Source: a virus (taxonomy: Duplodnaviria > Caudoviricetes). Taken from it: a stretch of 64,000 nt of DNA. Made by a program: the position numbers and the translations under genes. Where the stretch lies: IMG/VR virus record IMGVR_UViG_2974656638_000001, positions 1 through 64,000 of that record. The stretch is one strand, 5' to 3'. The notes beneath the pieces are model-generated. The model searched no databases. It was not told the origin of the DNA and saw only the letters and a program-made list of their open reading frames with translations. Within the stretch, counting starts at the first letter, position 1. Every line of letters begins with the position of its first letter. Shown here one piece after another: positions 17,130 to 26,797 of this stretch.

Positions 17130-18818
17130 ATGGCAATCGAAATTTACCCAAGAAAACCAGTTTCTAGACCTCATACAGAAATTTCTGTAGATACAAGCGG
17201 TATTGGTGGTTCTAGCTCTGGAAGTGAAAAAATACTTTGTTTAGTAGGTTCAGCTACAGGAGGAAAACCTAATGCTGTTTACAAAGTAAGAAACTATTCT
17301 CAAGCAAAATCTGTTTTCCGTTCAGGAGAACTTTTAGATGCAATTGAAAGAGCATGGAACCCCGGTGAAGGAACAGGTGCAGGAGACATTTTAGCTATGC
17401 GTGTTGAGGAAGCAAAAGAAGCTACCTTTGAAGCTGAGGGGGTTAAGGTTAGCTCTACTATTTATGGAGCTGATGCCAACGACATCCAAGTGGCACTCGA
17501 AGATAACACCATCACAGGTACAAAACGCTTAAGCATTGTATTTGCGAAAGAAAGAGTCAACCAAGTTTATGACAACTTAGGTAGCATCTTCTCTATCAAG
17601 TATAAAGGTACCGAAGCTTCTGCAACATTTACAGTAGCTGTAGACCCAGTAACATTTAAAGCTACAAAGCTAACTCTTAAAGCAGGGGATAAAACAGTTA
17701 AGGAATACGATTTAGGTTCAGGAGCGTATGCAGAAACTAATGTACTTATTAGTGATATTAACAACCTACCTGACTTTGAAGCTAAGTTTTTCCCAATCGG
17801 AGATAAAAACTTAACAACAGACAACTTCGATGCACAAATCGATGTAGATATTAAAACAAAAGAAGCTTATGTAAAAGCTGTTGGCGGAGACATTGAGAAA
17901 CAAACAGCATATAATGGTTACGTAGACTTTGAATTTGACCGCTCAAAAGAAATTGCTAATTTCCCACTAACTAAGCTAACTGGTGGAGACAACGGTACAA
18001 TTCCTGAGTCTTGGGCTGATAAATTCAGTTACTTTGCAAACGAGGGTGGCTACTACCTAGTTCCATTAACATCTAAACAAGCTGTTCATGCAGAGGCACT
18101 TCAATTTGTTAGAGATTGCTCTTATAACGGTAATCCAATGCGGGTATTCGTAGGTGGAGGAATCGGAGAGTCAATGGAGCAGTTGTTCACAAGAGCTATC
18201 GGCTTACAGAATGAACGAGCAGGTCTAATCGGGTTCTCAGGAACAGTGAAGATGGACGATGGACGTTCTCTGAAAATGCCGGGATATATGTTTGCAGCAC
18301 AAGTTGCAGGACTTACATGTGGACTAGAGATAGGAGAAGCAATCACTTTCAAAAACATTGCGATTGAGACATTAGATACAATTTACGAAGGTTCTCAACT
18401 AGACCAATTAAACGAAAGTGGTATTATTACCGCAGAATTTGTACGTAATAGAGCAGTTACCAATTTCCGTATTGTAGACGATGTAACTACATTTAATGAT
18501 AAAACAGACCCTGTTAAGTCAGAAATTGGTGTAGGAGAAGCTAATGACTTCTTAGTTTCTGAGTTGAAGATAAGCCTAGACAACGAGTATATTGGAACTA
18601 AAATTATTGACACCTCTGCTTCTTTAGTTAAGAACTTCGTTCAATCTTTCTTAGATAGAAAGAAATTAGCTAAAGAAATTCAAGACTACAGCCCAGAGGA
18701 AGTTCAAGTTGTAATTGAGGGCGACGTTGCTCGTATCTCACTAACAGTATTCCCAATCCGCAGTATGAAGAAAATTGAGGTATCTCTAGTATACCGTCAA
18801 CAAATCCTTACTGCCTAA
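17130..18818 (+). CDS. tsh: Tail sheath protein
   Basis: 562 aa, MAIEIYPRKPVSRPHT; sheath-type C-terminus. Confidence 0.96.
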   Translation: MAIEIYPRKPVSRPHTEISVDTSGIGGSSSGSEKILCLVGSATGGKPNAVYKVRNYSQAKSVFRSGELLDAIERAWNPGEGTGAGDILAMRVEEAKEATFEAEGVKVSSTIYGADANDIQVALEDNTITGTKRLSIVFAKERVNQVYDNLGSIFSIKYKGTEASATFTVAVDPVTFKATKLTLKAGDKTVKEYDLGSGAYAETNVLISDINNLPDFEAKFFPIGDKNLTTDNFDAQIDVDIKTKEAYVKAVGGDIEKQTAYNGYVDFEFDRSKEIANFPLTKLTGGDNGTIPESWADKFSYFANEGGYYLVPLTSKQAVHAEALQFVRDCSYNGNPMRVFVGGGIGESMEQLFTRAIGLQNERAGLIGFSGTVKMDDGRSLKMPGYMFAAQVAGLTCGLEIGEAITFKNIAIETLDTIYEGSQLDQLNESGIITAEFVRNRAVTNFRIVDDVTTFNDKTDPVKSEIGVGEANDFLVSELKISLDNEYIGTKIIDTSASLVKNFVQSFLDRKKLAKEIQDYSPEEVQVVIEGDVARISLTVFPIRSMKKIEVSLVYRQQILTA

Positions 18819-18885
18819 TCTAATACAGGGGAGGGCTTAGCTCTCCCTATGTAAATAAAAAATAAAACAGGAGTTGAAACATAAA

Positions 18886-19308
18886 ATGGCAAGTGTTACT
18901 AATCAGACGGTTCATACAGGTAATACGGTCTACCTTATGATAAAAGGTAAAATCGTAGGAAGATGTCAGTCTGCATCAGGTGAACGTTCTTATGGAACAA
19001 CTGGTGTATACGAAATCGGTTCTATCATGCCACAAGAACACGTTTACTTAAAATACGAAGGTAGTTTAACAGTAGACAGACTGCGCATGAGAAAAGAAGA
19101 TTTAGCTAAGCTAGGTATTACAGCATTAGGAGAAGACATTCTTAAAAGAGATGTTATCGACATTGTTATGATGGATAATACTACTAAAGAAGTAATCATT
19201 GCTTATCGCGGATGTTCTGCTGAGACATACAATGAAGAAATCAAAGCTAATGAGATTGTTTCTGAAAGTGCAAGATTCTTGTACCTAAGTGCAGCAAACG
19301 TAAAATAA
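18886..19308 (+). CDS. Tail tube protein
   Basis: MASVTNQTVHTGN...GVYEIGSIMPQEHVYL; follows the sheath. Confidence 0.92.
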   Translation: MASVTNQTVHTGNTVYLMIKGKIVGRCQSASGERSYGTTGVYEIGSIMPQEHVYLKYEGSLTVDRLRMRKEDLAKLGITALGEDILKRDVIDIVMMDNTTKEVIIAYRGCSAETYNEEIKANEIVSESARFLYLSAANVK

Positions 19309-19319
19309 TACTAATAAAA

Positions 19320-19348
19320 GGCTACCTTAATCTGGTAGTCCTTTTTTT
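19320..19348 (+). terminator. Intrinsic terminator after the tube gene
   Basis: GGCTACC-N7-GGTAGTC plus T7. Confidence 0.8.
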
Positions 19349-19352
19349 ATAG

Positions 19353-19422
19353 TTTACTAACCTTAGCAAATATGGTATAATAAAGTAAGAGAACGAAAAA
19401 GTATTACTAGTTTGTTATATTA
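19353..19422 (+). promoter_or_regulatory. Dual promoter module: TTTACT-17-(TG)TATAAT and late TGTTATATTA
   Basis: -35 at 19353-19358, -10 at 19376-19381, late motif at 19413-19422. Confidence 0.6.
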
Positions 19423-19458
19423 GATAATGAGAGAGTAAACAAGGAGGAGACAAATTAC

Positions 19459-19902
19459 ATGTCAGAAGAACAAAAAGTAAATGAAGAACAAATAGAAGAA
19501 AGTAAAGAGAAGATGTTGACGAAAGAAGACATCGACCGTATCAACTATGAACAACAAACGAAGCAAAAGAAAACACTTGACCGTATTATTAAAGGGGTAA
19601 ATGATGTTTGGACACATGAGTATGACTTTAAGGAGTTAGATTTAAAGTTCACCATTAGATTACGAGCACCTAATGCTTTAGAACAAGCAACAATTCAAGC
19701 TAACAGAGAAGCTTATTTAAAAGGAACAGGTGCATTAGTTAGTGACTACATTTATACAATCTATCATACATTAGCCACTATAAGAACAGTTGGTGTAGAT
19801 ATTCCAAAGGAACTAGCAGAAGACGATAACATTTACAATACTGCTATTTTATACCAAATTGGACGTGATTTTGCCGAATGGCTAGACACGTTTCGCTACT
19901 GA
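19459..19902 (+). CDS. Tail assembly chaperone (G-like)
   Basis: Between tube and tape measure genes; strong RBS; ends TTT CGC TAC TGA. Confidence 0.85.
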   Translation: MSEEQKVNEEQIEESKEKMLTKEDIDRINYEQQTKQKKTLDRIIKGVNDVWTHEYDFKELDLKFTIRLRAPNALEQATIQANREAYLKGTGALVSDYIYTIYHTLATIRTVGVDIPKELAEDDNIYNTAILYQIGRDFAEWLDTFRY

Positions 19903-20557
19903 GATAAAAGATTTAGGTGGAATAAAAGCTTTAGTAAAAACTCCCTATGCAAGAAACATGTGGGGAATAATGAAAGAGTTCAATGTTTTACCTACAGACG
20001 AGAGGTTCAGAGCGCTTACTGAGGAGCAAATAAACTTCATCTACTATAACAAAGAGAGAGACTACAAAGAGGCAGAGAGAGCTTCTAGAGGCGTGTCTAT
20101 GGAGTCTGAATTTGAAGACTATAACTCGGATGACTGGTGGGAAGCTTCTCATGAGGACTTCCAAGCAATTCAGGAAGGTCATGATGAAGATGACATCGCT
20201 CAACAAGTAGAGAACATGACTAGTATCGAAGACCAAAAACGCCTAAGAGACAGATTCCAGTCTCATGAGGAGTACGAAGAGTTTATAAGAAATGGTGGTA
20301 AAGATACTAGACAGGAAATGATTGATGAACACATCAATAACAAACTGAAAGAACTGTTTGCAGATGCCGAAGAGTTAAATAAACAAGGCTTGAGTAAGTG
20401 GGGAGAAGTATCAGAAATGACAACTATCCAAGAAGCTGTAGCAGACGAGTTAGAAGAGCTAACATCAGATAGTGTTAAGGAAGCAATCAGTATGTTCGAA
20501 GATGACGAAGTTCAGGTAATACCGGGTCAAGATGAAGACGATGATTTTGAAATTTAA
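19895..20557 (+). CDS. Tail assembly chaperone T-like segment, probably expressed as a +1 frameshift fusion (365 aa total)
   Basis: +1 frame open from 19886; no RBS before ATG 19958; slip site TTT_CGC 19891-19896. Confidence 0.7.
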   Translation, partial: ATEIKDLGGIKALVKTPYARNMWGIMKEFNVLPTDERFRALTEEQINFIYYNKERDYKEAERASRGVSMESEFEDYNSDDWWEASHEDFQAIQEGHDEDDIAQQVENMTSIEDQKRLRDRFQSHEEYEEFIRNGGKDTRQEMIDEHINNKLKELFADAEELNKQGLSKWGEVSEMTTIQEAVADELEELTSDSVKEAISMFEDDEVQVIPGQDEDDDFEI

Positions 20558-20567
20558 TACTAAAAAG

Positions 20568-20599
20568 AAAGGGTAGAGCTGTGTACTCTACTCTTTTTT
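20568..20599 (+). terminator. Terminator-like hairpin between the chaperone and tape measure genes
   Basis: AAAGGGTAGAG-N7-CTCTACTCTTT plus T tract. Confidence 0.6.
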
Positions 20600-20618
20600 A
20601 CTAAGGAAGTGAAAGTAA

Positions 20619-23600
20619 TTGGAAAACACTAACTATCGCTTTTCGGTAGAAGCCTTAACGGCAGATGCAGAGAAAAAGTTAGAGCGTATCGCTAGAATAA
20701 TGGACGACATTGAGGGAACAAATAGGAAAGGTGCAAGTAATTTCTTCACCAGCTCTCAAAAAGATATAGACAACAACATAAGAGCTATGAGAGAATATGT
20801 TTCATTAGTTAATGAAGTTGAGAAGGAAATGAAAAACGCCCAGTCTTCTATGTCTCGTTCTGGAAATAACGAAGGTGTTCAAAAATTAATAAGAGACCAG
20901 CAAAGACTAAGGGAAGAAGCGGAAAAAACACGGAAAACATTCCAAGATACTACACAAAATAAAACAGGTAGTAACGCTTATCTTAAAGACCTGTTAAGAG
21001 ACCAAAAAGCATACAACGATGAAATAGACGAAGGTACTCGTAGATTAAAAGAGTTGAAAGACTTACAAAGAGATGTAGCCAGAACAGATAGCAGACTGGC
21101 TGCCAGAACAAGGCAAGCTACTTCATCAGGTAATATGAACTCACAACAAGCAGGAACAGCTAGGTCTGACTTAGCAAATAAAACCGCATATATGAGTCAA
21201 TTACAAGCCAACCAACAACGAAGAGATGAGTTAAGAAAAGGGCTAGAGTCCGACCAAGCAAAAAAAAGAAACTTAAATGCTAACTTTAGAGGTAACGACC
21301 AAGAAAGACAGAATGAGTTGTCAGCGTTAAACCATAATATTGAGACTCGTAGAAAAGAAATAGAAGCTTTAAAAGAGCTCGATAGTCAAATAAATAAGAC
21401 AGTAAGTAATATGGAAAGCTACAGTAACCAATTAAATAATGTAAATGTAAAACCAGACCGTAACTCGTGGCAAGGGGTCGCTTATGAAAGAGCACCATCT
21501 ATCGCTATGGCTGCATTAGGTGGAGCAGGTGCAATATTTGGCGGTCTATATGCTAAAGGTAGCTCTATAAAAGACCAGATTAGACCTGACACTATCTCTA
21601 TAGGGCAACGAACAGGTAACTATGATTTCCGTTCTATCAGAAAACAGAACGAAGAAGTAGGTATGGATAGGTCTCTTGGTTACAACGCAGTAGACATGAT
21701 TGATTTCCAAAACACCTATTTGTCTTCTGCTGGGTTTAAAAACCAAAAAGACTTAGATGCAGGAACTAGACAAATGGCAGAAGGGTCTAGAGCTGTACCC
21801 GTAGATAAAGATTCTCTAAATCAGTTTATGGGTGGGCTAATGACGAATGGAGCCGTATCAGGAGCAGACCAAGTAAAAGCGGTACAACAAGGTTTTATTG
21901 GAGCAGTAAAAGCTTCTGGAATGGAAGGTAGGGAAAAAGACCAACTAAAAGCTTTAGAAGCTATGAGTACCCAAACCTTTGCAGGAAGAAATGGTTCTAA
22001 TGCTGAGCTAAATAACCTGTTAGCTATCCAGTCACTGTTTTCTTCATCAGGTGACCGTTCTATGCAAGGAACAGCAGGAGCAGAAGCCTTATCTAGTCTA
22101 GATGCAGGAATGAAACAATCTGCATATAACCCACAAGCAAGATTACTATTTGGTATGGGGAGTGAGTACCAAGGAGTAGGTGGTATGTATCAAGTTCAAG
22201 GACAAATGGAAAAAGGTCTCGGAGATACAGACAATTTAAATAGACTACTTAAATTCTCCGCAGGTGCAGGAAGAGGTAAAGAAGAACAAAAAGGTTACTT
22301 CAAGAACATGGCTGAGAATGTATTTGGTACTACATTAACAAATGACCAAGTCGATGCAATGTATAAACAAGTAGGCTCAGATGGAACAATAGATAAAGAC
22401 AAAATGAAAAACATCCAAAGTATTATTGATGGAGGAAAAGACGGATACGATAAGAACAAAAAAGGGTATGAAGACTCTAAGGAAGCTACAGAAAACGCCT
22501 CTAAAGCAGTAACTGATAAGCAGGCTACAGCGATGAACGACATGGGGGACATAGTTAGAAAACTAAACAGTGTTCTCGGTGGTATGCCCGCACCATTGTA
22601 TGGTTTGGCAGCCGCAGCAGTTGCAGCAGCAGGAGCCTTAGCTATGTCTGGCGGAATGAGTATTCTATCTGGTGGTATTAAAGGAAAACTAGGTAAGAAA
22701 TTTGGAGGCGGAATAGGTAAAGCAGGTAGCAGTACAGTAGCTTCCGCAGGAGCAGGCGCAGGAGCCTCTTCTACAGCTAGTAAAGTATTTACCAATAAAA
22801 CATGGGGAGCAGGAGCAGAAGGAGCTACAAAGGCTTCCTCGGGGCTCTCATGGGGTAGTAAAGCAATGGAAGGCGGAATTTCTGCAACTAAAGGATTAGG
22901 TGGAGCAGGAAAACTAGCCCAGTATGGAAAAGGAGCCTTAAAAGGTCTCGGGCCGCTTGGTCTTCTAATAGGCGGAGGAGCCTCAATCGCCAATATTGCA
23001 GGTGCAGAAAACAAAACCGAAGCCATCGGAGAGGAAGCGGGTGGCTGGGGAGGCGCCATGGGTGGTGCAGCAGGCGGTGCAGCCATCGGAGCCATGTTTG
23101 GTGGAGTAGGTGCTATACCGGGAGCCCTTATTGGAGGGGTACTGGGAGGTATTGGAGGAAGCAAAGTAGGTAAGTGGGCTGGCGGAAAAATAAAGAGTGG
23201 CTGGGATTCTCTATGGGGCGGAGACAAAGTAGATGCTGCTGAGATAAACGGCACAGGAGGAGCTAAAAAAGCTCAAACAGAGAAAAAAACCAACATGAAC
23301 GGTGCTTCTATGGCTAACTCTGGTGTAGGAACTATGCTAGGAAATACAGTAATGCCCGGTGTAGGAGGAATTATCGGAGGAGCTATAGGAGGTTCAGGTA
23401 TCCTAGAACAACTTTCTAAGCTAACTGGTATTGGAAGAAACGCACAAGAAGAAACAAGTTCAGGAAAACAAGATGAAAAAGACACAGTAGGTAAGAAAGC
23501 TACAGCAGAGAAAGAGAGACAAAGTAATACAAGAGAAGAAGCAGCAAACCTTTCTTTTTACAGTAAACTTCTTGACAGAGCCGAAGCATTATTGATGCAA

Positions 23601-24347
23601 GCTAGAAATCAAAATGGATTATTCGGAAAAGAAGGCTTAGGAACTACTGCTACAGGTAGCGGTGGAGGAGATGCTCTCAATTCAGGTCTTAACTTCTTAA
23701 CAGATGGTAAAAAGTGGACTAACAAAGATTTAACAAAGCATGACTTAGGTTCAACTATTCAAGGTATTACTGCTGATGAGTTAGACGAATGGATTAACTC
23801 GAAAGCACCTGAGGGTTCTGCAATGAGAGGGATGGGTTCAACTTTCCTAAAAGCAGCACAAGAATCAGGATTAGACCCAAGATATTTAGTATCTCATGCA
23901 GCCACAGAAACTGGTTGGGGAACATCGAACATCCTAAAAGAAAAAGGTAACTGGTTTGGTATTGGGGCATATGATAACTCACCTATGGCAAGTGCCTACA
24001 AATACGGGGACAAAGAAACTGGTGTAGTAGAAGGAGCTAAATGGATTGCTGAAAACTACTACAATAAAGGTCAAACAACACTAGAGAGTATGCGACATAA
24101 CGGAGGACAACACGAGTATGCTACCGACCCTAACTGGGATAAAACGATAGCTAGCATAATGGGGGGCTCAGAGAAATACGTGCAAGGTAAAGGTGCTTCT
24201 TTAACAACTTCTGCTAATATAACTGTTAACATGAATGGAGACTCATCGAAAGATAAGAAGACAGCAGGAAAAGCAGTAGGAGATGCCGTTGCTAAATCGT
24301 ATAAAGAACAATCAGAGTTCTTCTCTAAACAATACAAGAGAACATAA
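20619..24347 (+). CDS. Tape measure protein with a C-terminal GH73 glucosaminidase domain
   Basis: 1242 aa; coiled coil, Gly/Ala-rich membrane-like region; HAATETGWG, NWFGIGAYD, YATDPNW. Confidence 0.92.
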   Translation: MENTNYRFSVEALTADAEKKLERIARIMDDIEGTNRKGASNFFTSSQKDIDNNIRAMREYVSLVNEVEKEMKNAQSSMSRSGNNEGVQKLIRDQQRLREEAEKTRKTFQDTTQNKTGSNAYLKDLLRDQKAYNDEIDEGTRRLKELKDLQRDVARTDSRLAARTRQATSSGNMNSQQAGTARSDLANKTAYMSQLQANQQRRDELRKGLESDQAKKRNLNANFRGNDQERQNELSALNHNIETRRKEIEALKELDSQINKTVSNMESYSNQLNNVNVKPDRNSWQGVAYERAPSIAMAALGGAGAIFGGLYAKGSSIKDQIRPDTISIGQRTGNYDFRSIRKQNEEVGMDRSLGYNAVDMIDFQNTYLSSAGFKNQKDLDAGTRQMAEGSRAVPVDKDSLNQFMGGLMTNGAVSGADQVKAVQQGFIGAVKASGMEGREKDQLKALEAMSTQTFAGRNGSNAELNNLLAIQSLFSSSGDRSMQGTAGAEALSSLDAGMKQSAYNPQARLLFGMGSEYQGVGGMYQVQGQMEKGLGDTDNLNRLLKFSAGAGRGKEEQKGYFKNMAENVFGTTLTNDQVDAMYKQVGSDGTIDKDKMKNIQSIIDGGKDGYDKNKKGYEDSKEATENASKAVTDKQATAMNDMGDIVRKLNSVLGGMPAPLYGLAAAAVAAAGALAMSGGMSILSGGIKGKLGKKFGGGIGKAGSSTVASAGAGAGASSTASKVFTNKTWGAGAEGATKASSGLSWGSKAMEGGISATKGLGGAGKLAQYGKGALKGLGPLGLLIGGGASIANIAGAENKTEAIGEEAGGWGGAMGGAAGGAAIGAMFGGVGAIPGALIGGVLGGIGGSKVGKWAGGKIKSGWDSLWGGDKVDAAEINGTGGAKKAQTEKKTNMNGASMANSGVGTMLGNTVMPGVGGIIGGAIGGSGILEQLSKLTGIGRNAQEETSSGKQDEKDTVGKKATAEKERQSNTREEAANLSFYSKLLDRAEALLMQARNQNGLFGKEGLGTTATGSGGGDALNSGLNFLTDGKKWTNKDLTKHDLGSTIQGITADELDEWINSKAPEGSAMRGMGSTFLKAAQESGLDPRYLVSHAATETGWGTSNILKEKGNWFGIGAYDNSPMASAYKYGDKETGVVEGAKWIAENYYNKGQTTLESMRHNGGQHEYATDPNWDKTIASIMGGSEKYVQGKGASLTTSANITVNMNGDSSKDKKTAGKAVGDAVAKSYKEQSEFFSKQYKRT

Positions 24348-24392
24348 TGTTCTCTTGTTATTACATATAAGATAAGGAGGATAAAATTATAT

Positions 24393-26780
24393 ATGACTAC
24401 AGTTAAAAGAATGCCTGAATTTGATTTAAAGTTTGTAACAGAAAAGAATGACTATCTTATAAGATATGATGCAAGGAACCCTTCCTCAGATACATTAGCT
24501 GAGAAAGTAATAAGTGTAACTACTAAAAATGCAATGTCTGACGACAGCGCCGTTTTTTCTATTGTAGTAGCTGGTGATATGGAATGGGATAAAATATTAG
24601 ACTCTAATGATGTAGTAATACTAAAAATATACCCAAACTTAAGAGTAATGATGCCTGACAACGTTGTTGTTTTAGTGGGTCTCATATCCGAAGTTCGAAG
24701 AGAAGGCGACTACTCTAATAACTCTATTATTTATCGTATAACAGGGCAATCTTTTGCTAAATCCTTCATGCAGTTCCAATTAGGGGTAATTCAAGAGGTA
24801 TCTGTAGTAATTACCGATATTGGGTGGTTGCCTGACTCTAAGGCAGATGGTGTTGAGTTTACAGGAAAAACAGCAGCAGAGATAGGTAAGTCTATCACAG
24901 ATAGGTTTAAAAAATATATGAAATACAATTTTAACAGAGAATATACAATGGAAAACTTCTTAGACTACTCTTTCAGCAGTTGGAAAGATTACGAAAAATT
25001 AGCAGACCCTACCCCATTTATTAACTATGAGGGTAGCCTAAAACAACTTCTAGATGATGTTACAGCAAAGCCATTTAATGAGTTATTCTTTGAGTCCACA
25101 AGTGATGAGAAGTGTAAAATGATTATGAGAAGAACACCTTTTAATAAAGAAGACTGGGACAAGTTACCATCTTATAAAATATCTACAGAAGCAGTAATAT
25201 CAGATTCTTTAGCTAAAGGGGACACAGAAGCCTACTCTATTTTTAACGTCACTAGTGGAAATATGGCAGGAGCAACATCAGTAGACTTAAATTCATTCCC
25301 TCAATATCACCAAGCTTTAGTAGATAAATATGGATACAAAAAGTTAGAGGTAGACAACAGGTATTTATTTGAGTCCTCAACAGATGGCTCTAGTACCACA
25401 GAAAAGGCAGATGTAGGAAGTAAGGAAAAAACAAAAACAGTAATTACTTACAGCAAGTTTAACTCTTTTATGCGTAGTTATACTTCCGACCAAGTTCGTA
25501 TGAATCAAAGTAGTATTGCAAAAAGTTTAGTGGACAGCTACGACAAATTGACAACTTCTCAAGCCAACCAACTGCTTGCTAAATATTCTGCTGTAGGTGC
25601 GATAAGTGAGGCAGATTTTAAAAAAATTGTAGGAGACATAGCGGAGGGAGACAACACAGGAACAGCTACTTTAGATTTTGATAGTGTAAACTCTTGGTTC
25701 TCTCTAAATTATAGTTCTTTGTCTGAGGTTTCTACAAATAGAGATGCTACAATAAAAGCTTTTGTAAAAAACTTTGCTAACACAGATGAAGACCAAGCAA
25801 CTAAGATAGTAGCACTATATATATCAAGTCAAGGAGTCATGACAAAAGAAAAATTTGATGCAATCATAAAGGAGTCTACTAGTTCTAGCACTAAAGACCC
25901 AGATAACACAACAGGCAACTCTAGTTCAGCACTACAGTACTTCTCTAAAACGATATATAACTGGTACAGTGAAAACGCTAATTTTTATGCAGGGGATATA
26001 AAGGTTATTGGTAGTCCTGTATATAGGTTAGGAAGTAAACTCCTTGTAGAAGATAAACAACAAGGTGATGAGTGGGAGTTTTATATTGAAAGTGTCTCTC
26101 ATGAATATAGCTATACAGCAGGTTATACTACAACACTCGGAGTCACTAGGGGATTGAACAATAAAGGGAAAGATAGATTTACTCATTTATGGGGAAAAAG
26201 TTCGGACTTTAAAGGCGGGTTACTTGGAGAAAAAACAAGTGCTGAACTTATACAAGAAGCAGGTTCTACCTCGTCAGGTTCCGATGGAAGTGGCGATGTA
26301 AGCGCACCAGATGTACAAGGTAGTGATGTTGCCGTAGCCGCTTTAAGATACGGGCTAGCTCATAAAAAGCCAGAGAAAAAATCAGTATATTCTTTTGGTG
26401 GAGGTAGAGGTAGTAGTAACCCAATGGAGGGTAAGGAACCTTACGCAATGGACTGTTCTTCTTTTGTATGGTGGTGTTATAAAGCCTGTGGTGTTACTTT
26501 AGCAGGAGCACAAACACAAGCGATATTAGGGGACGATAGGTTTAACACAGTAAGCTCAAGAGGTTCTAAGAGTAAAGAAATATTTAAAAAAATGCAAGTA
26601 GGCGACCTTGTTTACTTTTACGATAACAACACTCATATTGGTATGTATGCAGGAGAAGGAAAGTTCTTAGGATGTAATGGAGATGGAAGTTGGGACACCA
26701 ACGGAGGAGTACAGTTGAAACCAATGGACTCTGGTTATTGGTGGACACAGTTTCAAGGACATGTAATACGTTTTGTTTAA
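24393..26780 (+). CDS. Baseplate hub/tail-associated lysin with a C-terminal NlpC/P60 peptidase
   Basis: DCSSFVWWCY, GDLVYF, HIGMY. Confidence 0.88.
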   Translation: MTTVKRMPEFDLKFVTEKNDYLIRYDARNPSSDTLAEKVISVTTKNAMSDDSAVFSIVVAGDMEWDKILDSNDVVILKIYPNLRVMMPDNVVVLVGLISEVRREGDYSNNSIIYRITGQSFAKSFMQFQLGVIQEVSVVITDIGWLPDSKADGVEFTGKTAAEIGKSITDRFKKYMKYNFNREYTMENFLDYSFSSWKDYEKLADPTPFINYEGSLKQLLDDVTAKPFNELFFESTSDEKCKMIMRRTPFNKEDWDKLPSYKISTEAVISDSLAKGDTEAYSIFNVTSGNMAGATSVDLNSFPQYHQALVDKYGYKKLEVDNRYLFESSTDGSSTTEKADVGSKEKTKTVITYSKFNSFMRSYTSDQVRMNQSSIAKSLVDSYDKLTTSQANQLLAKYSAVGAISEADFKKIVGDIAEGDNTGTATLDFDSVNSWFSLNYSSLSEVSTNRDATIKAFVKNFANTDEDQATKIVALYISSQGVMTKEKFDAIIKESTSSSTKDPDNTTGNSSSALQYFSKTIYNWYSENANFYAGDIKVIGSPVYRLGSKLLVEDKQQGDEWEFYIESVSHEYSYTAGYTTTLGVTRGLNNKGKDRFTHLWGKSSDFKGGLLGEKTSAELIQEAGSTSSGSDGSGDVSAPDVQGSDVAVAALRYGLAHKKPEKKSVYSFGGGRGSSNPMEGKEPYAMDCSSFVWWCYKACGVTLAGAQTQAILGDDRFNTVSSRGSKSKEIFKKMQVGDLVYFYDNNTHIGMYAGEGKFLGCNGDGSWDTNGGVQLKPMDSGYWWTQFQGHVIRFV

Positions 26781-26797
26781 AAAGGAGGAATGACTAG

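Noticed and set aside
22295-23254. 319-aa minus-strand Pro/Ala-rich ORF
   Set aside because: Shadow of the Gly/Ala-rich tape measure region (GGN/GCN codons lack antisense stops); no RBS or promoter seen.
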